Shown: one piece after another, positions 63,980 through 64,000 of the stretch
How the letters are laid out: the number at the start of each line of letters is the position of its first letter
Position numbering within the stretch: position 1 is the first letter of the stretch
Assembly (NCBI GenBank): GCA_024704765.1
Contig: JAKMXF010000055.1
Coordinates: 194,353 to 258,352 of the forward strand
DNA: 64,000 bases
Origin: Oopsacas minuta
Lineage: Eukaryota > Animalia > Porifera
Reading direction: 5' to 3'
Position numbers and translations under genes: made by a program
The notes under the pieces: generated by a model
What the model saw: only the letters and a program-made list of their open reading frames with translations
The model's database searches: none
Told to the model about the DNA's origin: nothing

Positions 63980-64000
63980 CTAAAGATAAATAAAAACAGA

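Noticed and set aside
1-64000. tRNA, rRNA or other structured RNA genes; many short GC-rich boxes (e.g. 1770-1925, 18305-18350, 25875-25925, 41220-41360)
   Set aside because: No cloverleaf or rRNA similarity seen by eye; the GC-rich boxes look like MITE end fragments without definable TSDs.

Overview
AT-rich eukaryotic (animal) genomic DNA with GT-AG introns and intronless housekeeping genes. The gene set and compact style suggest an early-branching animal such as a sponge (inference only). Host genes: a compact BAP1/Calypso deubiquitinase, UNC-45, a bacterial-type sulfotransferase, an SRCR-repeat 7TM receptor (about 36.7-48.1 kb, minus strand) and a three-exon TGF-beta/activin type I receptor. 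Most of the rest is decayed transposons: Chapaev3-like, Ginger1 (introns plus OTU domain), Ginger2, maT-like, mariner, Tc1, two hAT, P-element family, a CRE-clade non-LTR and many MITEs; several have TIRs and target-site duplications readable by eye. Most striking: (i) a 3.86-kb palindrome (4066-7928) with two 927-bp arms about 99.7% identical, each holding a whole small-Maf-like bZIP gene with a non-canonical basic region; (ii) an adhesion-type 7TM receptor whose SRCR array appears to splice straight into TM1 with no GAIN/GPS domain, built from phase-1 exon modules showing triplet duplication and recent exon homogenisation; (iii) a type I receptor whose GS box lacks the FKBP12-binding Leu-Pro and has substitutions at the ALK2 R202/R206-equivalent sites. 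All alignments were by eye; no database searches were run.
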